Source: Bacteroidia bacterium
GTDB lineage: Bacteria > Bacteroidota > Bacteroidia > M30B66
DNA: 58,878 nucleotides
Assembly: GCA_046302715.1 (NCBI GenBank)
Contig: JBKCHQ010000174.1
Span: 1-58,878 of the forward strand
Reading direction: 5' to 3'
The position numbers and the translations under genes were made by a program. The notes under the pieces are model-generated. The model was not told the origin of the DNA, ran no database searches, and saw only the letters and a list, made by a program, of their open reading frames with translations. This document shows positions 9,581-18,322 of the stretch, piece after piece. Within the stretch, counting starts at the first letter, position 1; each line of letters starts with the position of its first letter.

Positions 9581-11605
9581 CTATTTGTTATTGAACGCCT
9601 CGAGACCAGCTTTGAGAAAGTTTAAATAATTCTCTTTGCTCGTATATCCTACGGGTTGAGCAAGTTGTTTGCCGTCTGCAGAAAGTAAAACATACTGCGG
9701 TTGGGAGTTGGTCTTAAAATTAACCACTTGCATGTTGCTCCATTTATTGCCCACCGTTTTAATATTCTTACCGGTAACACAGGAAACAAACTGCTCATCG
9801 TTGGGCAGTTCTTTCTTCTCATCTACATATAAAGACACCAATATGTATTTCTCGCTCATGAGTTTTTTAACCTCAAGGTCGGTCCATACGCCTTCTTCCA
9901 TGCGGCGGCAGTTTACACAGGCCCAACCCGTAAAGTCAATTAAAATGGGTTTGCCTTCTGCCTTAGCACGGGCACGGGCCACCTCAAAATCGTGTTCACA
10001 GTTAATTCCCTGCGGACAATGTCCAGCTCCAGCATCCTGGCTAGGTTTCTCAGCTGAATAACTATAAAACATAGGCGGCGGAAATCCTGAAATAAGCTCA
10101 AGCCCCGCCCCAAAAACACCAGTCGTAAAATAAATACCTGAAACTAAAAACAAGGCAGATAGGGTAAGACGGGGTACAGAAAATCGATTTTTAATTTTAC
10201 TGTCGTGCGGAAAGCGAATAAGTCCCATAAGATACGCCACTAAGGCAAGCGCCAAAACTGCCCAAATTATCAAAAACACCTCACGTTTCAAGAGCCCCCA
10301 TTGCTCCACCAAATCGGCATTTGATAAAAACTTTAGGGCCATACCCAGCTCTAAAAATCCGAGTACCACTTTCACCGAATTAAGCCAACCACCGGAACGA
10401 GGCAAGGTATTTAACCAAGCAGGAAAAGCGGCAAATAGAGCAAATGGTAAGCCCAAGGCCACACCAAAACCCAGCATAACAAAGATAATTTTGTTGGTAT
10501 GTGGTTTTGTGGCAAGAGTTCCCGCCAAAAACGACCCTAAAATAGGCCCCGTACAGCTAAACGATACCAAGGCAAGCGTAATGGCCATAAAGAAAACACC
10601 CAGAATTCCGCCAACACCCGATGCAGAATCGGCTTTATTGGCGAGAGAGCTCGGCAGAGAAATTTCATAGTAGCCAAAGAATGAAATGGCAAAGGCCACA
10701 AAAACGATAAAGAAAAAAATATTAAGCCACGCACTGGTAGCAATTTCATTGAGCGTGTCGGGGGGTATTTTGGCTACAATAAACGGCACGGCAATCAAGG
10801 TGTAAATAGCTGCAATTGAAACACCATAAAGAATGGCCAGCATCAACCCTTTGCGTTTGTTTTCGGCGCTTTTGGTAAAAAAACTTACTGTGAGGGGTAT
10901 CATCGGAAAAACACATGGTGTTAAAAGCGCCACCAATCCCCCTCCGAAACCGAGTAAAAAGATCCACCAATACGATTCGGTTTGAACGTTTTCTTTTGGA
11001 TTAATTTGACTTAGCCCCTCAATGACCAAATCGCGACACCCTTCTTTTTTAAGTTCAGGTTGAATAACGGCAGATGTGTCGGGCGCAACCGCTTTTTCGG
11101 TGGTGTCTGTTGGAGCTAATTGGCTGTTAGCTGTTTTCTTGCCATCTATTGTAAACTTAAAGGGTGTTGCATCCATAGGTATACAGCCCACTTCATCTTT
11201 GCAGGTCATCCCATTAATATCGCCCGTGATGTCGAGGGCCTTATCGGATTTATTGAGAACCCGTTGTGTGAAAACTACCTCATGCTGAGGAAATGAATAC
11301 ACATCCACCCCGAAAACACTCTCAAACTTCTTGTCGTATTTAGGTTCGGTAACTTTCCCTACACGTTCAATTCCTTTAGGTAATTTAAAATCAAATTCCG
11401 TAGGCATGGGACCGCCATCAGGGGTAAATTGTGAGTAAAGGTGCCAGCCGTTTTCTAAAAGCGCCTTAAATTTCAACTCGGTGATAGAGTCGTTGACCTG
11501 CTTCTGCGAAAAACTCCATTTTATAGGCGCTTGCATTTGCGCCTCGAGGAGTGCAGAAACGCCTACAACAAACAAGGCGACTAAAAATAAACGATACCAT
11601 TTCAT
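9581..11605 (-). CDS. dsbD: Thiol:disulfide interchange protein DsbD
   Basis: N-domain GWHLYSQ and C..C pair; TM domain TPCVFPMIP and SFSCTGP; thioredoxin domain FTGWACVNC. Confidence 0.92.
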   Translation of the reverse strand: MKWYRLFLVALFVVGVSALLEAQMQAPIKWSFSQKQVNDSITELKFKALLENGWHLYSQFTPDGGPMPTEFDFKLPKGIERVGKVTEPKYDKKFESVFGVDVYSFPQHEVVFTQRVLNKSDKALDITGDINGMTCKDEVGCIPMDATPFKFTIDGKKTANSQLAPTDTTEKAVAPDTSAVIQPELKKEGCRDLVIEGLSQINPKENVQTESYWWIFLLGFGGGLVALLTPCVFPMIPLTVSFFTKSAENKRKGLMLAILYGVSIAAIYTLIAVPFIVAKIPPDTLNEIATSAWLNIFFFIVFVAFAISFFGYYEISLPSSLANKADSASGVGGILGVFFMAITLALVSFSCTGPILGSFLAGTLATKPHTNKIIFVMLGFGVALGLPFALFAAFPAWLNTLPRSGGWLNSVKVVLGFLELGMALKFLSNADLVEQWGLLKREVFLIIWAVLALALVAYLMGLIRFPHDSKIKNRFSVPRLTLSALFLVSGIYFTTGVFGAGLELISGFPPPMFYSYSAEKPSQDAGAGHCPQGINCEHDFEVARARAKAEGKPILIDFTGWACVNCRRMEEGVWTDLEVKKLMSEKYILVSLYVDEKKELPNDEQFVSCVTGKNIKTVGNKWSNMQVVNFKTNSQPQYVLLSADGKQLAQPVGYTSKENYLNFLKAGLEAFNNK

Positions 11606-11624
11606 AACACCATTTTTTAGTTAA

Positions 11625-13235
11625 TCAAGGGCTTTTACGGCCTGTGTTGAGCAATTGAAGCGCTTTTTGAACATTCTTATCTTTTGCGCACTGTACAGCA
11701 TAATATCCATCATTACCATACAATGCACGAGCGGTTAATGCTTTAAGCTGTTGTTCTAACAAAGCCGCAGAACGTTGCTGCTGAGCCTGATTATCGGCAA
11801 GCCCATTTGATCGGCAAAAAGTAAAAAATTCGGTTAACAAAGCAGAAGAGTTAAAATCTTTGGCAAAAGTAGCTGCATTAGGATATTGCCCTTTGAGTTG
11901 ACTTTTTAACTTCTCGGTTTTAGAAAATACAAAACGGTTAATAAGGCCTTCAGAAACCACTTTAGCTAGATAGGTCGAATAGCCCGTGGTATCGGAGTTA
12001 ACGATAAAATCGGGATTAACGCCGCCGCCGCCGTAAACTTTCCGCCCTTTAAGTGTACGATAGGCAACACTATCTTGTTTCGATTTGTTTTTCAATGAAT
12101 CGGCATTGCCCGACAGTCTGTCAGTAATTTCTTTATAGTATTCGTCGGTTCCATTGGTGTAAGGTCGCTGAATGCATCGGCCAGCCGGTGTGTAATATCG
12201 GGCAACGGTAAGCCGCATGGCCGAACCATCGCCAAATCTCACTTCTTCCTGAACCAATCCCTTTCCAAAAGAACGTTGCCCAACTACCCAACCACGGTCG
12301 TTATCTTGCACGGCACCCGATACAATTTCAGATGCAGAAGCAGAGCCTTCATCAATAAGTACAATCAAGCCTCCTTTTTCAAAAGCACCCTTGGTGGTGG
12401 CATTGTACTCCTCTTTTTTTCGAGCTTTGCCCTCGGTGTAAACAATTTTTCGTCCTTTAGGCAAAAACTCATCGCATAAATCTACCGCCGCATTTAAGTA
12501 TCCGCCTGGATTATCACGTAGATCGAGCACCAAATCTTTCATGCCCATGCCGTTAAGTTTATTAAAGGCCTTTAAATATTCATCGTAGGTGGTAGCTGCA
12601 AATCGTGAAATGCGAATATATCCTGTGGTTTTATCGAGCATCAGGGCGGCATCAACACTGTAAATAGGAATTTTATCGCGTGTTATGGTGTAGGGTATTA
12701 AGCTTGATCGACCAGGCCTTAGGATTTTAATTTTTACTTCGGTGTTACGTTTACCCCTCAGTTTTTTAATTACATCTTCATTACTGATGTGCACACCGGC
12801 CGCTTTTTTGCCTTCTATTTCTACTATACGGTCGCCACTTTGAATGCCAAGCGCTTCAGACGGTCCTCCACTTATTGCAGCAACCACAATAATGGTGTCG
12901 TTTTGAATATTAAACTCCACGCCAATTCCGTCGAAATTGCCTTCGAGTTGTTCTGAAACCTGCTGCAAATCACTGGCGGGAATGTACGACGAGTGAGGAT
13001 CGAGGCGACTCAAAAGAGCCGTAATGGCCTCGTCCTGAAATGTCTTTGGATTCAACGTGTCAACGTACTGCTCCATGATGTAACGCAATGCATCACTGAT
13101 TTTATCGTCACTATTTTCGCCCAAACCAGCCAATGATTGATTGCCCGATAAGCGATATCCCAAAACGATTCCGGCGGCAATTGAAGCGCCAATTAGTAAA
13201 GGAAATAGGAGAACTCTGAGCGGTTTGGGGTTCAT
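11625..13235 (-). CDS. S41 family carboxy-terminal processing protease (PDZ + S41)
   Basis: LDPHSSY, DLRDNPGG, SASASEIV, FGKGLVQ. Confidence 0.93.
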   Translation of the reverse strand: MNPKPLRVLLFPLLIGASIAAGIVLGYRLSGNQSLAGLGENSDDKISDALRYIMEQYVDTLNPKTFQDEAITALLSRLDPHSSYIPASDLQQVSEQLEGNFDGIGVEFNIQNDTIIVVAAISGGPSEALGIQSGDRIVEIEGKKAAGVHISNEDVIKKLRGKRNTEVKIKILRPGRSSLIPYTITRDKIPIYSVDAALMLDKTTGYIRISRFAATTYDEYLKAFNKLNGMGMKDLVLDLRDNPGGYLNAAVDLCDEFLPKGRKIVYTEGKARKKEEYNATTKGAFEKGGLIVLIDEGSASASEIVSGAVQDNDRGWVVGQRSFGKGLVQEEVRFGDGSAMRLTVARYYTPAGRCIQRPYTNGTDEYYKEITDRLSGNADSLKNKSKQDSVAYRTLKGRKVYGGGGVNPDFIVNSDTTGYSTYLAKVVSEGLINRFVFSKTEKLKSQLKGQYPNAATFAKDFNSSALLTEFFTFCRSNGLADNQAQQQRSAALLEQQLKALTARALYGNDGYYAVQCAKDKNVQKALQLLNTGRKSP

Positions 13236-13244
13236 AAATTAATT

Positions 13245-13252
13245 CAAAAGTA
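13245..13252 (-). promoter_or_regulatory. -7 promoter element TACTTTTG for S41 protease-dsbD
   Basis: TAnnTTTG 9 nt upstream of ATG. Confidence 0.55.
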
Positions 13253-13263
13253 TCCTTAACGCA

Positions 13264-13749
13264 CTAAGTAGATGCTTTGGTATAACTATCCATAGAAAAA
13301 TGTTGCACCTCAACTCCAAACTTACGCAAAAACTCCACTCCTTCATCAACAGGAATACCTTTGTAAGCGGCGTATGAATTCAGATAATACACCTGCCTGA
13401 TGCCTACCGACAGGATAATTCGGGCACACGCAAGGCAAGGCGAAAGCGTAACGTAGAGTGTTGATCCTTCTAAGTCTACCTTGTTTTTGGCGGCATATAA
13501 GATGGCATTAGCTTCGGCATGTAGGGCCAGGTAACAACTTCCTTTACGGTCGCGGGCGCAACCTGTTTCGGGCCATTCTTCATCGCAATTGTGAGTACCT
13601 GCAGGCGGCCCGTTGTAACCCAGCGAAACAATTCGGGTGTCTTTTGCCAGAACAGCTCCTACCTGTTGTTTCACGCAATGCGAACGCAAGGCTAGGTTAG
13701 CAGCGAGATTCATGTAAATATGATTGAAGGAGGGAGCGTTTTTACTCAT
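13264..13749 (-). CDS. dCMP deaminase (ComEB-like) family protein
   Basis: GYNG, HAEANAI, PCLAC zinc motifs; ATG 13749 preferred because TAAATTTG (13759-13766) overlaps the track TTG start. Confidence 0.9.
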   Translation of the reverse strand: MSKNAPSFNHIYMNLAANLALRSHCVKQQVGAVLAKDTRIVSLGYNGPPAGTHNCDEEWPETGCARDRKGSCYLALHAEANAILYAAKNKVDLEGSTLYVTLSPCLACARIILSVGIRQVYYLNSYAAYKGIPVDEGVEFLRKFGVEVQHFSMDSYTKAST

Positions 13750-13871
13750 GCCGAAAGGCAAATTTACGCATTTTGGCCGTCGAACGAAATGTGGGCATTA
13801 TATATTGAACGCTCGCAATGATCTTTTTGATTGAAACTAGAATTTTACGCGTCTCTACCCCAGAGCTTCTC

Positions 13872-14657
13872 TTAAAGATCGGCAGCCTGAGCAATCATTT
13901 CAGCAATATCGAGCACTTTAACTTCATCTTCTTTCTCGGCATGCTTTACGCCGTCGGTCATCATCGTATTGCAGAATGGACAGCCTACTGCGATAAAATC
14001 GGGTTTTAATTCCAAGGCCTCCTCTGAACGCTCTGTATTCACTTCTTTGTTGCCCGGTTCGGCTTCTTTAAACATTTGCGCACCTCCGGCTCCACAACAA
14101 AGCCCTTTGGCTTTGCAACGCTTCATCTCCACCAACTCGGCATCGAGCTTTGAGAGTACCTCGCGCGGTGCTTCATACACCCCATTTGATCTTCCCAGAT
14201 AACACGGATCGTGGAACGTTATTTTTCGTCCTTTGAATTGCCCGCCCTCTACCTGCAACCTTCCTTCCTTCAACAACTGCTCAATGAGTTGCGAATGATG
14301 AACAACCTCGTAATTACCACCCAAAGCAGGATATTCGTTTTTAAGTGTGTTAAAGCAGTGTGGGCATGCAGTAACTATTTTTTTTATTTCGTATCCGTTT
14401 AAAACCGCGATATTTTGCATGGCCTGCATTTGAAATAAAAATTCGTTTCCGGCCCGTTTGGCAGGATCGCCAGTGCAGGATTCTTCCTGACCGAGAATAG
14501 CAAATTTCACCTCTGCAGCCTGTAAAATCTTAGCAACGGCCTTGGTTACCTTCTTAGCACGATCGTCGAAACTGCCGGCGCAGCCCACCCAAAAAAGTAC
14601 TTCGGGAGCTTCGCCTGCGGCGGCATAATCAGCAACTGTTTTAACGTGTAGTTCCAT
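13872..14657 (-). CDS. CCG-domain Fe-S protein (HdrD/GlpC-like)
   Basis: FWVGC, ESCTGD, TACPHC, HDPCYLGR, CCGAGG, GCPFC. Confidence 0.9.
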   Translation of the reverse strand: MELHVKTVADYAAAGEAPEVLFWVGCAGSFDDRAKKVTKAVAKILQAAEVKFAILGQEESCTGDPAKRAGNEFLFQMQAMQNIAVLNGYEIKKIVTACPHCFNTLKNEYPALGGNYEVVHHSQLIEQLLKEGRLQVEGGQFKGRKITFHDPCYLGRSNGVYEAPREVLSKLDAELVEMKRCKAKGLCCGAGGAQMFKEAEPGNKEVNTERSEEALELKPDFIAVGCPFCNTMMTDGVKHAEKEDEVKVLDIAEMIAQAADL

Positions 14658-14681
14658 GTTTCGATTAAAATTACACCTGGG

Positions 14682-15986
14682 TTATTCGTCTTTCCAATTG
14701 GCACGGTCTAAAGGTGAAAACTGCCAGGGGGCCCCATTATTTTCCATATTGCTGAACATCGTGCCCAGCGATGCGGGCGGTGCACTTTCTTCCATAACCA
14801 GCTGTTGGCGTAATTGCATGATGATGTTTACGGGATCAATATTTACAGGACAAGCCTCGGCACAAGCATTACATGTAGTGCAAGCCCACAGCTCTTCGGG
14901 GGTGATATATGAATGCAAGAGTGATTTGCCGTCATCAGCGAAGCTGCCTTTATTGGTATCTATATTCCGCCCAACCTCTTCGGCACGATCGCGTGTCTTC
15001 ATCATAATGGCACGAGGGCTCAGCAATTTTCCGGTCATGTTTGCCGGACATTCCGAAGTACAACGGCCACATTCGGTGCAGGAATAGGCATCAAGCAAGT
15101 TCTTCCAGCTAAGGTCCTGTACATCGCGCGCACCAAATTTAACCGGTCCTTGATCGGGCTCAACCGCTGCAGAAGGATCCATCATTAATTTCACCTCTCG
15201 GGTTACCGATTCCATATTTTCGAGCTGCCCCTTGGGTTCTAATTTAGAATACCACACATTGGGGAACGCCAATATAATATGCATGTGTTTGGAATAGGGC
15301 AGATAATTTAAAAAGGCTAAAATGCCTAAAATATGAAACCACCACATCGAACGCTCTAAAAGCACTAAGGAATCTGTTGATAGTTCCGAAAATAAAGGAA
15401 CCAGCCATGATGAAATAGGGAATGATCCATAATGTGGATAATGCTCAGCACCCCGATGTTGCAGAATACTGTCGGATGCATTCATTATTAAGAATGCCGA
15501 CATTAATAGCACCTCAGTGATTAAGATAAGATTGGCATCTGACCTTGGAAAACCTTTGAGTTCGGGTTGGTTAAATCGTTTTAATGAAATTACATTCCTC
15601 CGTATATAAAATACAATTACCCCTAGTAATACAAGGAAAGCAAGCACTTCAAAGGAACCTATCAAGAAATCATATAAACTCCCTAAAAATGGAGCAAAAA
15701 CACGATGCGTACCCATGAGTCCGTCAACAACAATCTCAAGAACCTCAATATTAATGATAACAAAACCGACATACACAAAAAGATGCATAATACCGGCAAC
15801 AGGGCGCACCATCATTTTACTTTGCCCCATAGCCACACGCAACATTAGTTTCCAGCGTTCTTCTTTGCGATCACTACGTTCTAAAGGTCGTCCCAACCTA
15901 ATATTACGTATTAATTTCCTGATGTTGAGGGTGAACAGCACTACACCGACCGCAAAAAACAGGAAGAAAAGCAACTGTGCAAGCAT
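14682..15986 (-). CDS. Membrane Fe-S oxidoreductase subunit (NarI/HdrE-like TM domain plus 2x[4Fe-4S]); N-half of a split FadF-like protein
   Basis: Multiple TM helices, YSKHMH, CTECGRCTSECP and CTTCNACAEACP. Confidence 0.88.
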   Translation of the reverse strand: MLAQLLFFLFFAVGVVLFTLNIRKLIRNIRLGRPLERSDRKEERWKLMLRVAMGQSKMMVRPVAGIMHLFVYVGFVIINIEVLEIVVDGLMGTHRVFAPFLGSLYDFLIGSFEVLAFLVLLGVIVFYIRRNVISLKRFNQPELKGFPRSDANLILITEVLLMSAFLIMNASDSILQHRGAEHYPHYGSFPISSWLVPLFSELSTDSLVLLERSMWWFHILGILAFLNYLPYSKHMHIILAFPNVWYSKLEPKGQLENMESVTREVKLMMDPSAAVEPDQGPVKFGARDVQDLSWKNLLDAYSCTECGRCTSECPANMTGKLLSPRAIMMKTRDRAEEVGRNIDTNKGSFADDGKSLLHSYITPEELWACTTCNACAEACPVNIDPVNIIMQLRQQLVMEESAPPASLGTMFSNMENNGAPWQFSPLDRANWKDE

Positions 15987-16053
15987 ATTTGGGGAATTAC
16001 CTTAAAAGATATGTATCAAACAATGGATGTGGATATTGGTTGGACACAGCAGA

Positions 16054-17040
16054 TTATTTTTTCTTGGATTTGTCCTTTTTGCCAAACACGGAAACCTGCA
16101 CATAACGCTGCGGATTTTCTTTTAAATCTTGCAGTAGGAGTGACAAATTCTTGGTACTGGCTTCTAAATTCACATAAAGTGAGTCGTTTTTAGCAAGCTG
16201 GCCAAGCGATCCTTCGCCTCGCTCGATTCCTCCTAAAACAGCATTTAGTTGTGAGATGCTTTGCTGCAACTGCTGCATAGTTTCTTTAACATTGCTTTTG
16301 GCCACATCATCGGTTATTCGGTCGAGGTTACTGAAAATATCGTTGAGCTTCGAATTGTTTTTACGCAGGTTTTCAGTGATGGACTTAACATTTTCGAAAA
16401 TATCGCCTAGACGGGTGCGCTCTGTGGAAATTAGTAAATCGGTTTGTTCGATGGCATGTTCCAGTTTACGCATAGAACTGTTCATACTTTCGAACGTGCT
16501 CATAAGACCCGTTTGAGTTTTACGATTGAAAACGTTATTAAAACCATGTAAAACGGTATCAATAGACCCTGCCAGATTTTCGACTTGTTTCTTTAATGGA
16601 GTTAAGGCATTTTTAATTTCATCGGTTATGCCCGCCTCTCTAACGGCAATTAGGGTATCGCCCGACTCGGCAAATTTCTTTTCGTTACCTAACTGCAGAC
16701 TTAGGGTGCGCACCCCCAGAAGGTCGCTGCTAATATGGGCCTCACTGTTTTTAGGTATCTGGATGTTATTTTCTGTTATCAGGAATTTAACAACAATGTT
16801 GTACGAATTGGGCGCAAAATAAATTTGATCTACAATCCCTATTTTATATCCATTAAGCTGCACCGTGGCAGAAGGCAGTAATTGATCCACGTTATCAAAC
16901 ACCGCATAATAAGTTCGAGCACGGGAAAACAAATTTTTTCCTTTTAGATAATTAAAACCAAAATAAAAAACCACCAGGCACAGGGTTACCATAATCCCGA
17001 CTTTCGCTTCACGTGATATTTTTATTGAGGATGCTTCCAC
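16054..17040 (-). CDS. MlaD/MCE family lipid transport protein
   Basis: N-terminal TM, VQLNGYKIGIV MCE motif, helical tail, GSLGQL..ND.LY, NPQRYV. Confidence 0.88.
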   Translation of the reverse strand: MEASSIKISREAKVGIMVTLCLVVFYFGFNYLKGKNLFSRARTYYAVFDNVDQLLPSATVQLNGYKIGIVDQIYFAPNSYNIVVKFLITENNIQIPKNSEAHISSDLLGVRTLSLQLGNEKKFAESGDTLIAVREAGITDEIKNALTPLKKQVENLAGSIDTVLHGFNNVFNRKTQTGLMSTFESMNSSMRKLEHAIEQTDLLISTERTRLGDIFENVKSITENLRKNNSKLNDIFSNLDRITDDVAKSNVKETMQQLQQSISQLNAVLGGIERGEGSLGQLAKNDSLYVNLEASTKNLSLLLQDLKENPQRYVQVSVFGKKDKSKKK

Positions 17041-17048
17041 CTTTTAAT

Positions 17049-18254
17049 TTATTTGTTTTCAGTAATCTCAGACATCGGAATACGTTTATTATTGCGGAAA
17101 GCCACAACAAACGCATCCTTAAAACCTAAGGTCTTCATTTCAGCCTGCAATTTAATCGCATCCTCGACTTTATCCAACTTACCCACCGTATATTTAAACA
17201 ACTTATCTTGTTCATACGACCATATTTCTTTAACTCCCTTAAAAACAGGGTCATTAATATTGAGTTCGGCGGGCGAACTGTGAATTTGTACCCGAAAAAC
17301 CGTAGCTCCCGAATTTTCGTTTTTTTCGTTGCGGTGTTCTGTGTTAGTTTTTTCCGCTTTTGGAGCTTCTTCTTGTTTTTCGGTTTCTGCGGGAGGAGCC
17401 AGATTCCGTTTATCGGAAGTGCCTTCAACCCATGCTTTATATTGCTGAAAAGCATTTAAAATAGAGTGGGCCATTTGGTTCTGGCCTTCAGCAGATTTTA
17501 AATAGTGTTCCTCGTCGTTATTGGTTAAAAATCCGGTTTCAATAAGTACTGCAGGCATGGTGGTGCGATAAAGCACCAGAAATCCTGCTTGTTTTACCCC
17601 GCGATCGTGGCGCTTTGCATTCTGTTTAAATTGCTGCTGAAGCTTCTCGGCAAAAAATAAACTCTGAAAGAGATAGGCATTTTGATACAAAGAAAAGATA
17701 ATGTGGGCTTCTGGCGAGTTGGGGTCAAACCCGTCGTACTTCTTCTCGTAATTATCCTCTTGCAGAATTACCGCATTTTCTCTTCGGGCTACATTGAGGT
17801 TATCATCTGTTTTGTGCAAACCCATCACAAACGTTTCGGCCCCATAGGCGGTTTTGGGACCGCTATTGCAGTGAATACAAATAAATAAGTCGGCCTGATT
17901 TTCGTTCGCAATTTGAGCGCGACGGTGCAGCTCTACAAAAACATCTGTTTTTCGCGTGTACACCACCTCAACATCAGGGAAATATTGCTCAATTAGTTTT
18001 CCAAGTTTGAGCGAAACGGCAAGGGCAACATGTTTTTCGTAGGCTGATGAACCGTGGCATCCGCTATCGTGTCCACCATGTCCGGCATCAATAACTACCT
18101 TTTTTAGTTTTTTATCGCGCGGAAGCACTTGATCATGTAAGGCCTTTTGATTATTCTTAAATGCCCAGAGAAACACCGAAGATCCGAGCAAAAGCAGCAC
18201 GAATAATCCAATATTAATAGCTTTGTTATTTGTGTGCATCTGGTCTGCTATCAA
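17049..18254 (-). CDS. N-acetylmuramoyl-L-alanine amidase (Amidase_3) with C-terminal SPOR-like domain
   Basis: IDAGHGGHD, IHCNS, LIETGFLTN; C-terminal FRVQI...YTVG...GFKDAFVVAF. True start may be ATG 18239. Confidence 0.9.
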   Translation of the reverse strand: MIADQMHTNNKAINIGLFVLLLLGSSVFLWAFKNNQKALHDQVLPRDKKLKKVVIDAGHGGHDSGCHGSSAYEKHVALAVSLKLGKLIEQYFPDVEVVYTRKTDVFVELHRRAQIANENQADLFICIHCNSGPKTAYGAETFVMGLHKTDDNLNVARRENAVILQEDNYEKKYDGFDPNSPEAHIIFSLYQNAYLFQSLFFAEKLQQQFKQNAKRHDRGVKQAGFLVLYRTTMPAVLIETGFLTNNDEEHYLKSAEGQNQMAHSILNAFQQYKAWVEGTSDKRNLAPPAETEKQEEAPKAEKTNTEHRNEKNENSGATVFRVQIHSSPAELNINDPVFKGVKEIWSYEQDKLFKYTVGKLDKVEDAIKLQAEMKTLGFKDAFVVAFRNNKRIPMSEITENK

Positions 18255-18269
18255 AACGAGGTAATACTG

Positions 18270-18277
18270 TACATTTG
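18270..18277 (+). promoter_or_regulatory. -7 promoter element TACATTTG for lptD
   Basis: TAnnTTTG in the divergent intergenic gap. Confidence 0.55.
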
Positions 18278-18322
18278 TGCAGTAAATTTCATATACAAAA
18301 CTAAAGCCGCATTGCTACTATT

